Assembly: GCF_036321535.1 (NCBI RefSeq)
Contig: NC_087472.1
Span: 96,102,001 to 96,166,000 of the forward strand
Direction: 5' to 3'
DNA length: 64,000 nucleotides
Source: Camelus dromedarius
Lineage: Eukaryota
Part shown: one piece after another, positions 50,950 to 62,925 of the stretch
How positions within the stretch are numbered: the stretch's first letter is position 1
How the letters are laid out: each line of letters starts with the position of its first letter
Program-made: the position numbers and the translations under genes
Notes under the pieces: generated by a model
The model's database searches: none
What the model saw: the letters and a program-made list of their open reading frames with translations, nothing else
Told to the model about the DNA's origin: nothing

Positions 50950-51262
50950 TTTTTTTGCAGTAAAGCTTTTTAATTTACCAATAAACCAAACACTTATTTA
51001 ATAAAATATCTTAACATTCAAATTTGGTGTTCTATAGAAAATACAATCTGCTTGTGGGAGAATAGAATTTTTTTTTCTAGAGCAGTTTTATTTTATTTTA
51101 ACATTTTTTATTGATTTATAATTATTTTACACTGTTGTGTCAAATTCCAGTGTAGAGCACAAGTTTTCAGTTATACATGAACATACATATATTCATTGTC
51201 ACATTTTTTTCTCTGTGAGCTACCATAGATCTTGTATATATTTCCCTGTGCTATACTATACA
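50950..51262 (-). mobile_element. Young L1 3' end plus extra 3' sequence within one TSD
   Basis: L1 text at about 51085-51262; identical 16-bp flanks gtatgagaatggaatt at 50934-50949 and 51263-51278. Confidence 0.85.
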
Positions 51263-51279
51263 GTATGAGAATGGAATTC

Positions 51280-52195
51280 TTAATCTCCCCATCCTATTCC
51301 TTCCACCCTCAAACCTCTGCTTCTAATGTCCTCCCCATCCTAGGGAATGGCAATGCCATCTTTCCAGTTCTTCAGGCCAGTAACTTGGGCGTTATCTCGA
51401 CTCCTTTCATTCTTTCACACTCTACACCCAATCAAATCAAAATTTTATTTATCAAAATCTCTCCAGAATCTGACCACTTCCACTGCCATCACCCTGGCCC
51501 CAGCTTCCATCTACTCTGGCTTGGTTATGACACCAGATGCCTCAGGGGTTTTCTTGCTTCTACCTTTGACTTCTTAGAGTTTCTGCTCAATATAGCAGCC
51601 AGGCGGTCCTGTTAAAACTAATTAGATCATATCACTCCCTGTTCAAAACTTTCGAATGGCTCTTATCTTCTCAGAGTGAAAGCCAGTCTTTATAGCATCC
51701 TAAAACCCCCACACCACTGGGTGCTTCCCATCGCCTTCCTTCTGCCTCACTTCTCTGGCTATATTTCCTACTACTTTTCTTTCTTGCTCACTTCCTCCAG
51801 GCATACTGACCTTCTTGTTATTCCTGGAAGAAGCTGGGCATGCTCCTGCCTCAGGGCCTTTGCACTTGGGGTTTTCTCTGCCTGGAGTGTTCTTTCTCCC
51901 CATAGCTCAATTGATCCTTTATATATTTACACATATATCAGCTGGCTTAACTATCCTATTTAAAAATATACTGGTAACTCCCTTTCCCTCTTTGTTGCCT
52001 AGTTTTTTCTATAGCACTTATCACCTTTTAACGTACTACACATTTTACTATCTTTTTTGTTGCTTATTATTTTTAAGCATCACAAGGGCAGGATTTTTTT
52101 TATCTGTTTTGTTCCCCAAAGTATCCTCAGAACCTAAAACAGTGCCTGGCATACAGCAAGCACTCACGTAGTATTTGTTGAAAAAAATGAATGGT
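51280..52195 (+). mobile_element. L2 (L2a-like) 3' region, continuing a piece at about 49560-49735
   Basis: agatcatatcactccctgttcaaaac...cctgcctcagggcctttgcactt...aacagtgcctggcatacagcaagcactca..tatttgttga. Confidence 0.88.
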
Positions 52196-52591
52196 GGGTG
52201 AATACTATGACGGCAATTTAAATTGTTTTTTAAAGGTCAAATGAGTTTTAAACGTTTCACTTACTGGAAATAATGTCATCTAACAGTGAGTTTAGAGATA
52301 ATGCCTTTTTTTTTTTCAGTACTCTTTTCCTATTACATGCCTTTCCCCTCTCACATTCAGGACCTTTGCTCCTTGATTAAATTTCCTGCATCTCTGAATT
52401 CACAGGGGAGGAAATGTATCTTTAAATTTATTTTTAAATTAAATACATTCCACGAATGTGTTCTCATTGTAAAAATAAAACAAAATAACAGATATCTATG
52501 GCGAAACAATGAAAACATCCTTTCATCTCTTCTCCTAATGCTATCTTCTTCCTCAAAGTTAACCCCCATTAACAGTATGGTTTTTTCTAGG

Positions 52592-52798
52592 GCAGTGCTG
52601 TCCAATAGAACTTTCTGTGCTGATTAGAATGTTCTATATCTGTGATAAGACAGTAGCCACTGTAACATGTGGTTTTTGAGCACTTGAAATGCGGCTAGTG
52701 TGACTGAGAAACTGAGTTATGTTATTTAAATTTAACTTATCATAATTTGAATTTAAATTGCCATGTATGGCTAACAGCTACCATATTGGACAGTGCAA
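52592..52798. mobile_element. MER3
   Basis: cagtgctgtccaatagaactttctgtg...gagcacttgaaat..ggctagtgtgactgag...tattggacagtgca. Confidence 0.88.
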
Positions 52799-52884
52799 TT
52801 CTAAACTGTTTTGACACAATTACCTATTTCTTTCTTTTATATACATATATATATGTACACACACATATATATATATAAATGTGT

Positions 52885-54920
52885 GTGTTTTTATTGATGT
52901 ATAGTCAGTTTACAATGTTGTGTCAATTTCTGGTGTACAGCACAATACTTCAGTCATATAGGAACATACATATATTCTTTTTCACTTTAGATTACTGTAA
53001 GATATTGAATATAGTTCCCTGTGCTATACAGTATGAACTTGTTTATCAATTTTATATACAGTAGTTAGTATCTGCAAATCTCGAACTCCCAGTTTATCCC
53101 TTCACCACCTTCCCCCCAGTAACCATAAATTTGTTTTCTATGTCTGTGAGTCTGTTTCTGTTTTGTAAATAAGTTCGTTTTGACTTTTTTTTTTCAGATT
53201 CCACATATGAGTGATATCATATGGTATTTTTCTTTCTTTTTCTGGCTTGCTTCACTTAGATGAGATTGGGCACGTTCAGGATGGTATGGCCGTAGACCTG
53301 GCTTACTTCACTTAGAATGACAATCTCCAGGTCCATCCATGTTGCTGCAAATGGCATTATTTTATTCTTTTTTATGGCTGAGTAGTATTCCATTGTATAA
53401 ATATACCACAACTTCTTTATCAGGTCATCTGTTGATGGACATTTAGGTTGTTTCCTTGTCTTGGCTGTTGTAAATAGTGCTGCTATGAATATTGGGGTGC
53501 ATGTATCTTTTCAAATTAAGGTTCCCTCTGAATATATGCCCAGGAGTAGGATTGCTGGATCATATGCTAAGTCTATTTTTAGTCTTTTGAGGAATCTCCA
53601 TATGTTTTCCATACTGGCTGCACCAAACTACATTCCCACCAACAGTGTAGGAGGGTTTCCCTTTTCTCCACAGCCTCTCCAGTATTTATTGTTTGTGGAC
53701 TTTTGAATGATGCCCATTCTGACTGGTGTGAGGTTATACCTTATTGTAGTTTTGATTTGCATTTCTCTGATAATTAGTGATATTGATAATTTTTTGTGTC
53801 TATTGGCCGTTTGTCTTCATTGGAGAACTGCTTGTTTAGGTCTTCTGCCCATTTTTGGACTGGGTTGTTTTTTTCTTAAGTTGCACAAACTGTTTATATA
53901 CTCTGGAAATGAAGCCCTTGTCAGTCTCATCTTTTGCAAATATATTCTCCCATTTCTTAGGCTGTCTTTTTGTTTTGCTTATGGTTTCCTTTGTTGTACA
54001 AAAACTTACAAGTTTAGGTCCCATTTTTTAATTTTTGGTTTAATTTCTATTGCCTGGGTAGACTGCCCTAGGAGAACATTGCTGATATTTATGTTAGATA
54101 ATGTTTTGCCTGTGTTTTCTTCTAAGAGGTTTATAGTGTCTTGTCTTATGTTTAAGTCTTTAAGCCCTTTTGAGTTTATTTTTCTGTATGGTGTGAGGGA
54201 GTATTCCAACTTCATTGATTTACATGCTGCTGTCCAGTTTTCTCAACACTATTTGCTGAAGAGACTGTCTTTACTCCATTGTATGTTCTTGCCTCCTTTG
54301 TCGAAGATTAATTGACCAAATGTTTGTGGGTGCATTTCTGGGCTCTCTATTCTGTTCCATTGATCCATATGTCTGTTTTTGTGCCAACACCATGCTGTTT
54401 TGATTACTGTAGCTCTAGTATAGTCTGAAGTCTGGGAGAGTTATTCCTCCAGCTTCATTCTTTTTCTTCAGTAATGCTTTGGCAATTCTGGGTCTTTTGT
54501 GATTCCATATAAATTTTAGTATTATTTGTTCTAATTATGTGAAAAATGTCCTGGGTAATTTGATAGGGATCACATTAAATCTGTAGATGACTTTGGGCAG
54601 TATGGCCATTTTAACGATATTGATTCTTCCAATCCAAGAGCATGAGATATCTTTCCATTTCTTTAAGTCATCTTTAATTTCCTTAGTCAGTGTTTTGTAG
54701 TTCTCCACATATAAGTATTTCACTTCCTTGGTCAGATTTCTTTCTTTCTTTCTTTCTTTTTTTTTTTTTTTTTAACATTTTTATTGAGTTATAGTCATTT
54801 TACAGTGTTGTGTCAAATTCCAGTGTAGAGCACAATTTTTCAGTTATACATGAACATACATATATTCATTGTCACTTTTTTTTGCTGTGCAGATTTATTT
54901 CTAAGTATTTTATTTTTTGG
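52885..54920 (-). mobile_element. Lineage-specific L1, about 2 kb of the 3' end, with nested inserts
   Basis: Minus ORFs 54535..54723, 54006..54215 and 53836..54024 are frameshifted ORF2 pieces; contains the 5S fragment and a younger L1 3' end (about 54740-54889, TSD cagattt). Confidence 0.95.
53261..53297 (-). pseudogene. 3'-truncated (tailless) 5S rRNA retropseudogene fragment
   Basis: Reverse complement GTCTACGGCCATACCATCCTGAACGTGCCCAATCTCA matches nt 1-37 of mammalian 5S rRNA at 33/37; flanked by 19-bp direct repeats 53242-53260 and 53298-53316. Confidence 0.93.
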
Positions 54921-55687
54921 TTCCTCTCTCTCTAACCATAAATGATATCTTACTACATAACATGTATACATAGTATACATACTGTTTTGTGACTTGCTTT
55001 TTGCATTCACCAAAATGTCTTAGAAATCATTCCCTGTCTGTGCAGATGTATCTGTCTTACTTTTTTTATTGGTGCCTATCATGTCATAATATGTGTGCAC
55101 CATACTTGGCTAAGTGAAAAGTGGATATTTCTTGGTGCTGAGCTGTGGACTGGGCCTCGTCGTCTTCTGCTCCACTGGCACCTGATCTGAGATTCCACAT
55201 CATCAGTAACACAGTCCAGGGGTCCAGTGAGTCACATGTGTTGGGCCTACGGTCAGTGCTAAGATCTACTTTTTCTTTGCTGTCTATTTTCAAAAGGCAA
55301 AAACATTCTGATCCCACCTAAAATCAGGCCTTAAAAATACGTTTAGTGACAGGTAAATACAACCTAACAGCATGAGACAGAGGGATGAGTTTGGTGCCAT
55401 CTTTCTGCATTTCTGAATTTGCAGTTCTAAAGCTGCACAGTCCTGAAGCAAAAAGCCTACATTGGTGAAGTCGATTCATTCTGAAGTCCTACTCTTGCCT
55501 CTTGCATGTCCTGATGAAAATGTTCTGTCGTTACAAAAGTCTTTCCAACTGGAAGACATTCTTGAGATGGTTATGTATTTATTAACTATGTGAAATTCAC
55601 TTTTCAAGTGGTTTCTGTGCTCCTAACATGTCTCACCAACACTTGCTAGGTAAATTTATTGAGTCTGCCATCGTACTATTAGGTATA

Positions 55688-56155
55688 CTGTATCAGTCAG
55701 AGCCTTGTCGAGATAAAGACAGCTTCCTTGAAAGGGGAAACTTGAAGAGAGCTTAACAAAGGGATGGTTTACAAAGGCATGGGCAGAGTTTAAGGAAACC
55801 TCACGGCATAGTATGGTGCCCGAAGCGTAGAAACATTGGGGGGGGGGTTGCCACCCCAAGGCATGAAGGGGCAAGGGGAGAATATGGTTGGCAGGACGTC
55901 GTGGAGCCATGGTTTTCAGTAAAAGGACAGACCAGCATACTGCTTCCCCTCAGGGAGGATGCCGGAGTGATGAATGCCCTGAGCTCACTCTTGTCCTGCT
56001 CTCTGCTGCTTTCTGTGCTTCCCTTGGACCCAACTCAACTGGAAGCAGGAGGGCAGCAGGACTCACGGGTTCAGTCCATACAAAAAGCCATCCAGGAAGG
56101 AGTAGAGAAGGGTGGGAGAGAGTAGCTTCTGGAGAGGCAGAAGGAAGATAGTAAT
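55688..56155. mobile_element. ERVL LTR (LTR16-like)
   Basis: tgtatcagtcagag...ttgaagagagcttaacaaagggat..tttacaaaggcatgggcag. Confidence 0.55.
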
Positions 56156-56169
56156 CACACCTACCGCCT

Positions 56170-56345
56170 GTCATTTACCCCTCACCGCAGCCTCATGAGG
56201 TAGATGATCGGATTATCCTCCTTGCATAGGTGAGGATACTGAAGGTTAGAAAGGTTAAGAATGAGCAATTTTCTGAAGTTCAGTTTTAGAAAATCTAATG
56301 GTCAATGATGCATGGAACTAGGATTTGAACTCAGGCTTGTTTGAC
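56170..56345. mobile_element. MIR
   Basis: cctcac..cagcctcatgaggtag...gaggatactga...ctaggatttgaactcagg. Confidence 0.7.
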
Positions 56346-59300
56346 TGAATAGCCCCACTGCTGTTAAAAACAGCTTAGCTCAAACAAGCAGCCCCGCACT
56401 TGGCCATCACCATCAGCAGTCCTGTGCTCAGTTCTGATTGGTTGATTAATTAGCTTGCTGTCTGATTGATCCCATTGTCAGGGGTGCTCATTGCATAAGG
56501 AGATGTTCTACTGACCATTTTCCACTCAGGTAATGTGTGTATTGTATATTGTATATAGTGCCTAAAAGCTTTTGGGTTTTGTTGTTGTTTTGTGCTTTTT
56601 TAATCAGTTGATTTTTTAAAGTTTTTAAAATTGAAGTATAGTTAACTTACAATGTTGCCTTCATTTCTCATAGCTTTTGTTCTAAGTAAATATTTGACAA
56701 TGTCCAATTGAACATATTCTGCACGTGAAATGCCCAGTATCTCATCTTCCCCCTGAAAAAGCCCGATGGGAATACGGCTTTGGTGTGGTACTGCCATGCG
56801 GTTTACACAACCAGAACTTGCACAAATAGGCAACATGTTCACATTCAATGGCTGGATGTTCTGAAATCTTAAATTAGGTAGAGAGAGGTTTTATTGCTGT
56901 CTAGATCCAAGTCTGTGGTCTGGCAAGGCCCTTGCACATGTGAGGTCCAGGGCGCTGGGCCAGGGCTTCTTAACCTTTTAAAATCCTTACTCTATTCTGG
57001 TAAACAGGAAACTTTCATGTGTCTTTCTAGCCCCACATTTGGAATATGGCTTCCTAGGTGGGCATTGTCTATCCTCTGATGATCTCTACCAGTCAAAAGG
57101 CTTAATTTCCATGACTTGTAAGTTGAAAAGGGTAGAATTTTTCCCCCAAATATAACATTACTGACAATTGAGTATGCCTTTTCAAGCCAACACCTCCTCC
57201 CATTCTAAAATGGCTACCCCTTCACCTTTGAAGATTGCTGCTGCAGAGCCAATTCCGTTTTTCCCTTTTTTACTTCCTTCTCCCACCTAATCAACTCTCC
57301 AAACAACATCTAGCATCATGTAAAACATATAGCATGTTCTACTAAGCACTTGACTATGTGATCTGATGATTTGGAGTCTAAGCTGAGCCCTGTTTATATG
57401 TATCTGATCTACTTCACTAAGTCTAGGTAAACAGGGTCATGTGCTTTTGTTTTTTTCAATTAATTGTTTGCCCCTCACAACTTTTCTAATGAGCAGGGAG
57501 TCCTATCTCCTTTTTGAGGCCCCTTGGTCCCAGTTGTCTAAGGATTCTAGTGTTTCCTCAGTTCAAAGGAGCCAAGAAGGTAACTGGGTCTGAGGGATCT
57601 ACCACTGCTATTGCTTCTTTCTACCACTTGGTGTCACTGTTGGAAACTGGTCCTTTACAGTTCAGTGGAGGCAGCACCTGCCTCACAGAGTTGTGGTACA
57701 AATTAAATGAGCGAATACATTTGAGAGACAGATACATGGCACGAAGTAGGCACTTAAAGAATTAGCTATTATGTCATATTATTGGGCCTTGGCTTAATGC
57801 CTTATGCAGGGCCTAGACCAGAGGATCCCTGGAACCATCCCAGCTCTGGCAAATGATGAGGAACAGATAGGGGCTGGGCGCCCCCTCCAGGGTGGTAGAG
57901 AGCCTGGAGGCCGGGTTGGACCAGTTCCTGCCCCTCTCTGGAGCCTCTGACTATCTTGTTCCCATTGTCCTGAGGTGGGTGTGCCCTTGGTAGGTGGAGG
58001 AAACGGAACCTGAATAGCATAGAATTCCCTGTAAATCAAATGACTTATTCTGGCTCAGAGGAGGAGGAGTTCTGGGATGTTTTGGCTGAAGAAATACTGC
58101 CTCAGATCACAGGGCTGGTTGGTGGTAGCCAGGCCTTAACCAAGGTCTTCCTGAACGTAGAGCTGGACTCTCTGCCGACGGAGTCTTCCATCTCACTTTG
58201 GAAGGCAATGTTCTAGAGAGCAAGGCTGTGGCTCATTTATTTCTGCATTCCTCCCATTCCAAGCACAGTGCCTTATACAGAACAAGAAATACCCCTTTTC
58301 CGTGTCAACTGCTGTTAAAGATACTCACAAGCACGCATGTGCACACACAAGCACATGTGGGAATTCTCTCTGCCTTCCATCTCTTTGCTTCTCTTATTTT
58401 CCCACCTCTAGGCCACAATAATTAAGAATAAAATGCACAGTGCATATAAACCTTTTTTTCACCTTTAAGTAACTACTGTTGATTGACAACATTAATTACC
58501 AGATTTCACACTCTCTAGAATACACTTTTCTTGGAAAATGGCAATGCCTTGTATCTTTAAACTTTGTGACTAGTACATAAGATTTCCAATGAGTAGTTTG
58601 TTTTAGATTCTGTGAAAAAGATTCACTGTCCACGTGTATGAAAGATTCATGGATCATTAATATAAGCTAACTCGATTTGCCAATTCATTTACCTATTTGG
58701 GCTGTGTCCTAAAATTTCATTCATGAGTCAGTTTGCTTGTTTCAGTGAGGAACTACACTAACTATTACTATATCATCATAATGGATATAATTATCATAAT
58801 CTATAGTATTATAGATTATGATATGTAACAATACTAATAGCAGTCTAATTGCTACAATTGATTGAATGCCAGGTACTTGACATACATGATCTCTCTTTTC
58901 ACAACAACCCTGCAAGAAAGTTACCCATTTTACAGATGAAACTGAGATTCAACTGAGTTTAGGAGCTTCCTTTTAAAAACAGGTAAAGGCAGATACTTTT
59001 TTTCTCCCAAAGACAGCTCCTGCTAAAGAGGCAATGACAGGCCACCCATGACCTCCCTCGCCACCCCTCCTTCCTTCACGAGGTGCAGCTGGTGGGCCCC
59101 AGGGGGCACCTGGCTCCATGTCAGCTATTCCTGGTTGTGGCCTGGTTTGGAAAGATGAGCTTGGCCGATCTGATCCTCCCTTTAGGAATCTGAATTGGGA
59201 AACATGGAAAGAAGCAGTATGTTGGTAGGAGCAGGAGCTGGGGCTGAAAGGCTCAACCCAAAGTGGTTGAATGAATGTTGGGAAGGGAGGCTGAGGCAGC

Positions 59301-60059
59301 CATCCTGGGCCATGTTCAAGCTGAAGTTGATGGCGGGGAAGAAGGAAGAGACTTGAATGTAGTGGAAGGACCTAGAGTCACTTGGAGCAGGACAGAAAGA
59401 ATCATGTGCAGAGAGCACTCTGGGGGCAGGCGCTGCTGCTCTCCTAGCCCCCGCCCCCGGCTTCCGTGCCAGGGTGGCTGTAACATAACCTTTCATCTTT
59501 TGAACTAACTTTAGTATCAGTTCCTTTCCATCAGGAGAGCCAAATTAGAACACACTGCCTGTAAGGGCTGGAACGGGGATTTGAACCCCCATTTTGTGGT
59601 TACAGAGCCTCTGCTCTTGTCACTGCTCCTGCACCTCCTTTGCCACCTCATCTCTGGCCCATCCTGGCCCACAAGGTCACCTTAATGGGTTAGAAAGAGA
59701 ACCAGTAACAGACTCAAGTTTCCTGGATCCATGTTCCAAATCTTGGTTTGCTTTCAGAGCCCTGAATGGGGTGAGGGCGGGGTTTAAGAAAGTCTCAGGC
59801 AACTGAGAGGTCTCCAAACAACTCTAGGGCAGGGCTCCAGCTTCCAGGACGGAAGGTGCTGCAGTGGGGAGGGGGGTGGGGGCAGGGCAGGATGGGTCCT
59901 TGGTAGTGCAGAGGAGAATGGGGGCACCTCCAGGAGGTGGACCGATCTTACCTGTGCTTCTGTCCCCAGTTCTAAGATAATGCCGGACTTACTTGAGTGA
60001 ATGAATGAATACGCAATGTTTACAGTGACTCGTCAGCTGCAGCTCTAAAAATATTGCTG

Positions 60060-60469
60060 ATGATGTAGCGATGACCGTGGTAACAACACAGTTGAAAGAC
60101 TACACGTGGACAACTCCGGATTGCATTTGCCCTGTTTTCAAAAATACGGCTCGCTTTGCCTTCCTCTGTCTAGAGAGAGTGAGGTTTTCATTTTAAGAGG
60201 CTGACTAAAAAATGCAGAGCCACTTCCTGGGCAGACTTCCAAGTGACTACATCTCTCTGACAGCGCTCCCCGGAGCCCCAGCCCAAGCGGCCTGGGGCGG
60301 GGCCTCCAGCCGTTGGTGGCTGTTGGAGCCCCCACAGGAGCAGTTATCTGCAGCCCGCCAGAAATGCTGTGCTTTTAGGCCCTCCCCGGGCACAGATAAC
60401 GACTTTGGCCTTTGCGCTGAAGAGACGTCAGAGTTTGTGATTGGCCAGGCCGGTGTGTGTGAAATCCAG
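60060..60469 (+). promoter_or_regulatory. Intronic promoter/enhancer-like GC-rich block
   Basis: E-box CACGTG 60103-60108, ETS-like CACTTCCTG 60221-60229, Sp1 GGGGCGGGGC 60294-60303, CRE-like GACGTCA 60424-60430, inverted CCAAT 60440-60444; retained CpGs. Confidence 0.55.
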
Positions 60470-60526
60470 ATGTCTGCCTCGCTCCTGAGTATGACATTCC
60501 TTCCAGCCGAGTACCCCCGGGTGTGG
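60470..60526 (+). CDS. Candidate additional PCYT1B first coding exon, MSASLLSMTFLPAEYPRVW
   Basis: ATG at 60470 (second in-frame ATG at 60491), 19 codons, then TGG|gtaagt phase-0 donor 493 nt upstream of exon 2; preceded by promoter-like motifs. Inference only. Confidence 0.4.
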
Positions 60527-61019
60527 GTAAGTCTCTGCCCTTGTTGATTGGGAAACGTTCCAGGCTGAGCATCGTGCCTTTCCAAGGGCATGACTTAGCA
60601 TATTTCTTCATCCTGTTAAGCCTCAGTTGCCTTTTCTGTGAAAGAGAGATGGTGGTGTCTTGTGCTGGAGAAGGATGGAAAGCCTATGGGAGGAGAGCAG
60701 TCTCTAGCCGTCATCGTAGGGTGCCGTGAGGCCTAGAAGAGAGAATGTGTCCAGAGCATCTCATCTGGTACCTGGCAGATACTGGACACTGAAGAGCTCT
60801 TATTTCTGAAGCATCAGTCAAAAAAAAAAAAAAAAGATTTCAGTGACTATGTCCCTGTTTTTATTTCCAACAGTACTATATTTCTCTGAAAGACTCCTCA
60901 GTGGATCTGTTTTACTTCTTAATCATACCTGCATAGCCAGTAGAAATACAACTTCAGGGGAAGTTAGTGCCAAAGGAAAGTTTGTCCGACTATATTCCCT
61001 TTCTCTTTTTCCCTTCTAG

Positions 61020-61119
61020 ACCCTGACTGCACCTGCCCCATTTGCAGACGAAACCAGCTGCCAGTGCCAAGCACCCCATGAAAAACTGACCATTGCTCAG
61101 GCCCGCTTAGGAACACCAG
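61020..61119 (+). CDS. PCYT1B: PCYT1B shared exon 2, [33 protein letters not shown]+1 nt
   Basis: Polypyrimidine tract and acceptor (ttccctttctctttttcccttctag|ACC); 100 nt; donor CAG|gtgagg. The translation continues the CCTbeta sequence directly after ...PQPRL. Later exons lie beyond the window. Confidence 0.97.
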
Positions 61120-61559
61120 GTGAGGCTGTGCTTCTTGTTCTCCGGACGGGCCCTGTCCTGACATCTCAAGGAGCAGAAAGGCCCATCATTGCTTGAGAAG
61201 CACTTGCTTTCAATCCGAGAGTTGAATTTAGAGATGTTAGCACAAAGCAAGCCTCACCCCTAGAGTTGCTGATTCAGTCCAACAGGGGTGAGGCTCCAAA
61301 ATGTGTATCTCTAAGAAGTCCCCGGGTGATGCTGCTGCTAGGGGACCAGGCTTACCCCTGGTAAGTGGTAAAGCTGGGATTTGATCTCAAACCCGTCTGG
61401 GCTTGAGCTTGATCTGCCAGCCACGACACTCCACTTCCTCTTTAAGACTAGCTTCAGGAGAGTGAAGTGTGGAAAAGAGCGGGCAGAGTTAATAAGCCTT
61501 GTAGTGACTTCTTGTGAGAAAGGCAAAAAGAGGCTTGAGGTGGTAGTTCAGAGCACGTA

Positions 61560-61722
61560 AACCACTGTGCAAAGGATCGCCTGGTAAGTTTGTGAAAGAG
61601 GCAGATGTTTTGTGAGTGTTCCAGCCCCAACATCTGGGGTAGGGCCCAGATACCTGCATTAAAATAACCAGCCCAGGTGATTCTGAAGTTGATGGTCTAC
61701 AGACCATACCCTGAGAAATGCT
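61560..61722. mobile_element. MER5-family MITE
   Basis: ctggggtagggcccagatacctgcatt..aa..agcccaggtgattctga...accctgagaaa. Confidence 0.65.
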
Positions 61723-61879
61723 GACCCAGCAATAAATCTAAAAGATGCAGTGAAAGTCCAGGCAGGGGGTTAGGAAGAGAACAGATTTGCTCTCAAGTTA
61801 AAGGGTGCCTTTAGGCCTGAGCAGAAAGGACCCTACTTTTCTAGGGAGAGGAAAGGGAAGCAGAACTTACTCTTCCTCT

Positions 61880-62040
61880 GCTGAGTGCTATGCCCTGTCT
61901 GTTTTCTGTTTCATTCAGTCTTTGCAAAAACTGGGTGAGATGGGTATTAATTGTGTCCTTTCTGCCAATGAGGCAAATGAGACTCGGAGAACTTGTCAGA
62001 TGTCTGCGCTGACTGGATAGAGCTAGGATTCGATCCCAAG
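61880..62040. mobile_element. MIR
   Basis: tgagatgggtatta...atgaggcaaatgagactcggaga...agagctaggattcgatccca. Confidence 0.6.
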
Positions 62041-62744
62041 TCCCTCTCCCCTCGTGCCCCTGCTGTGTCCACCACAGCGGGCCGCCCTGTGAGCACGCGC
62101 CGTGGCAGACCATGGAGCTCAATGAGAGCATGCTCAGACTTTGCACTAGAGAGCGAAGGTGTGTGAACAAGACAGATAGAAGCTGTGATCTTCTGCAGTG
62201 GCGGGGCTGTCTGCCTGCCCACTGCTGTCGCATCAGCACCTAGAGAAGTACTGTATGCTCAGTAAATACTTTGTGAGTGAAGGAAGGGAGGAAGGAAAGT
62301 TTGGGACAAGAGAAGGAACTTCTCATCTGGAAATAGAATCAGAGAGCATTTAGCCTGATGCTTTGAGCCGGCATCAGGCTAACTGGGGGATACCAGGTGC
62401 CTGTATGCTGTCTAACCGCCAAGTGGTTTAAGGCCCAAGAATCAGGCTAGAGTAAGATGGTGGTGCATTTTGAGATACCTATGTGGCGGGCCCTGGGGAA
62501 CACAGGGCACAACAGTAGAGGTGAGATGGAGCAAAGGTGACCTACAGCTCTCAGACCTTCTCCCCTCTTATCTCAGGTGATGGCACTGGGAAGTTATCCA
62601 GGAGAATTTGTGATGTTGGTAGGCGTCTGGCCGGGGGAACTTTTTTATTCAGAACTTCTAACGTCAGTGTTATAATGTGACAAGTTAGCTCTTTGTTTAC
62701 TTAGAAGGCACATACTCGTCTTAGACCACACTCTAATAATCACT

Positions 62745-62925
62745 ATGATCTTCAAACTTTAGCTTGCCTAGAATTCCTTGAAGGGCTTGCAAAAGCAGAC
62801 TTCTAGCCCTGCCCCCAGAGGTTCCGATTCAGTCCGTCTGGGTGGGGCTTGAGAAGCTGCACCTCCAACAAGCTCCCAGGTGGCGCTGAGGCTGCCAGTC
62901 CTGGGACCGCGCTGCAAGGACTGCT
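62745..62925. mobile_element. MER5A
   Basis: cttcaaactttagc...ccccagaggttccgattcagt..gtctgggtgggg..tgaga...aacaagctcccaggtg. Confidence 0.8.

Noticed and set aside
53707..54315. Longest ORF in the track (202 aa, +)
   Set aside because: It is the antisense reading of an L1 ORF2 relic; low-complexity Leu/Phe-rich product.
53836..54723. L1 ORF2-like minus-strand ORFs as an active retrotransposon
   Set aside because: 5'-truncated, frameshifted and interrupted by insertions, so non-functional.
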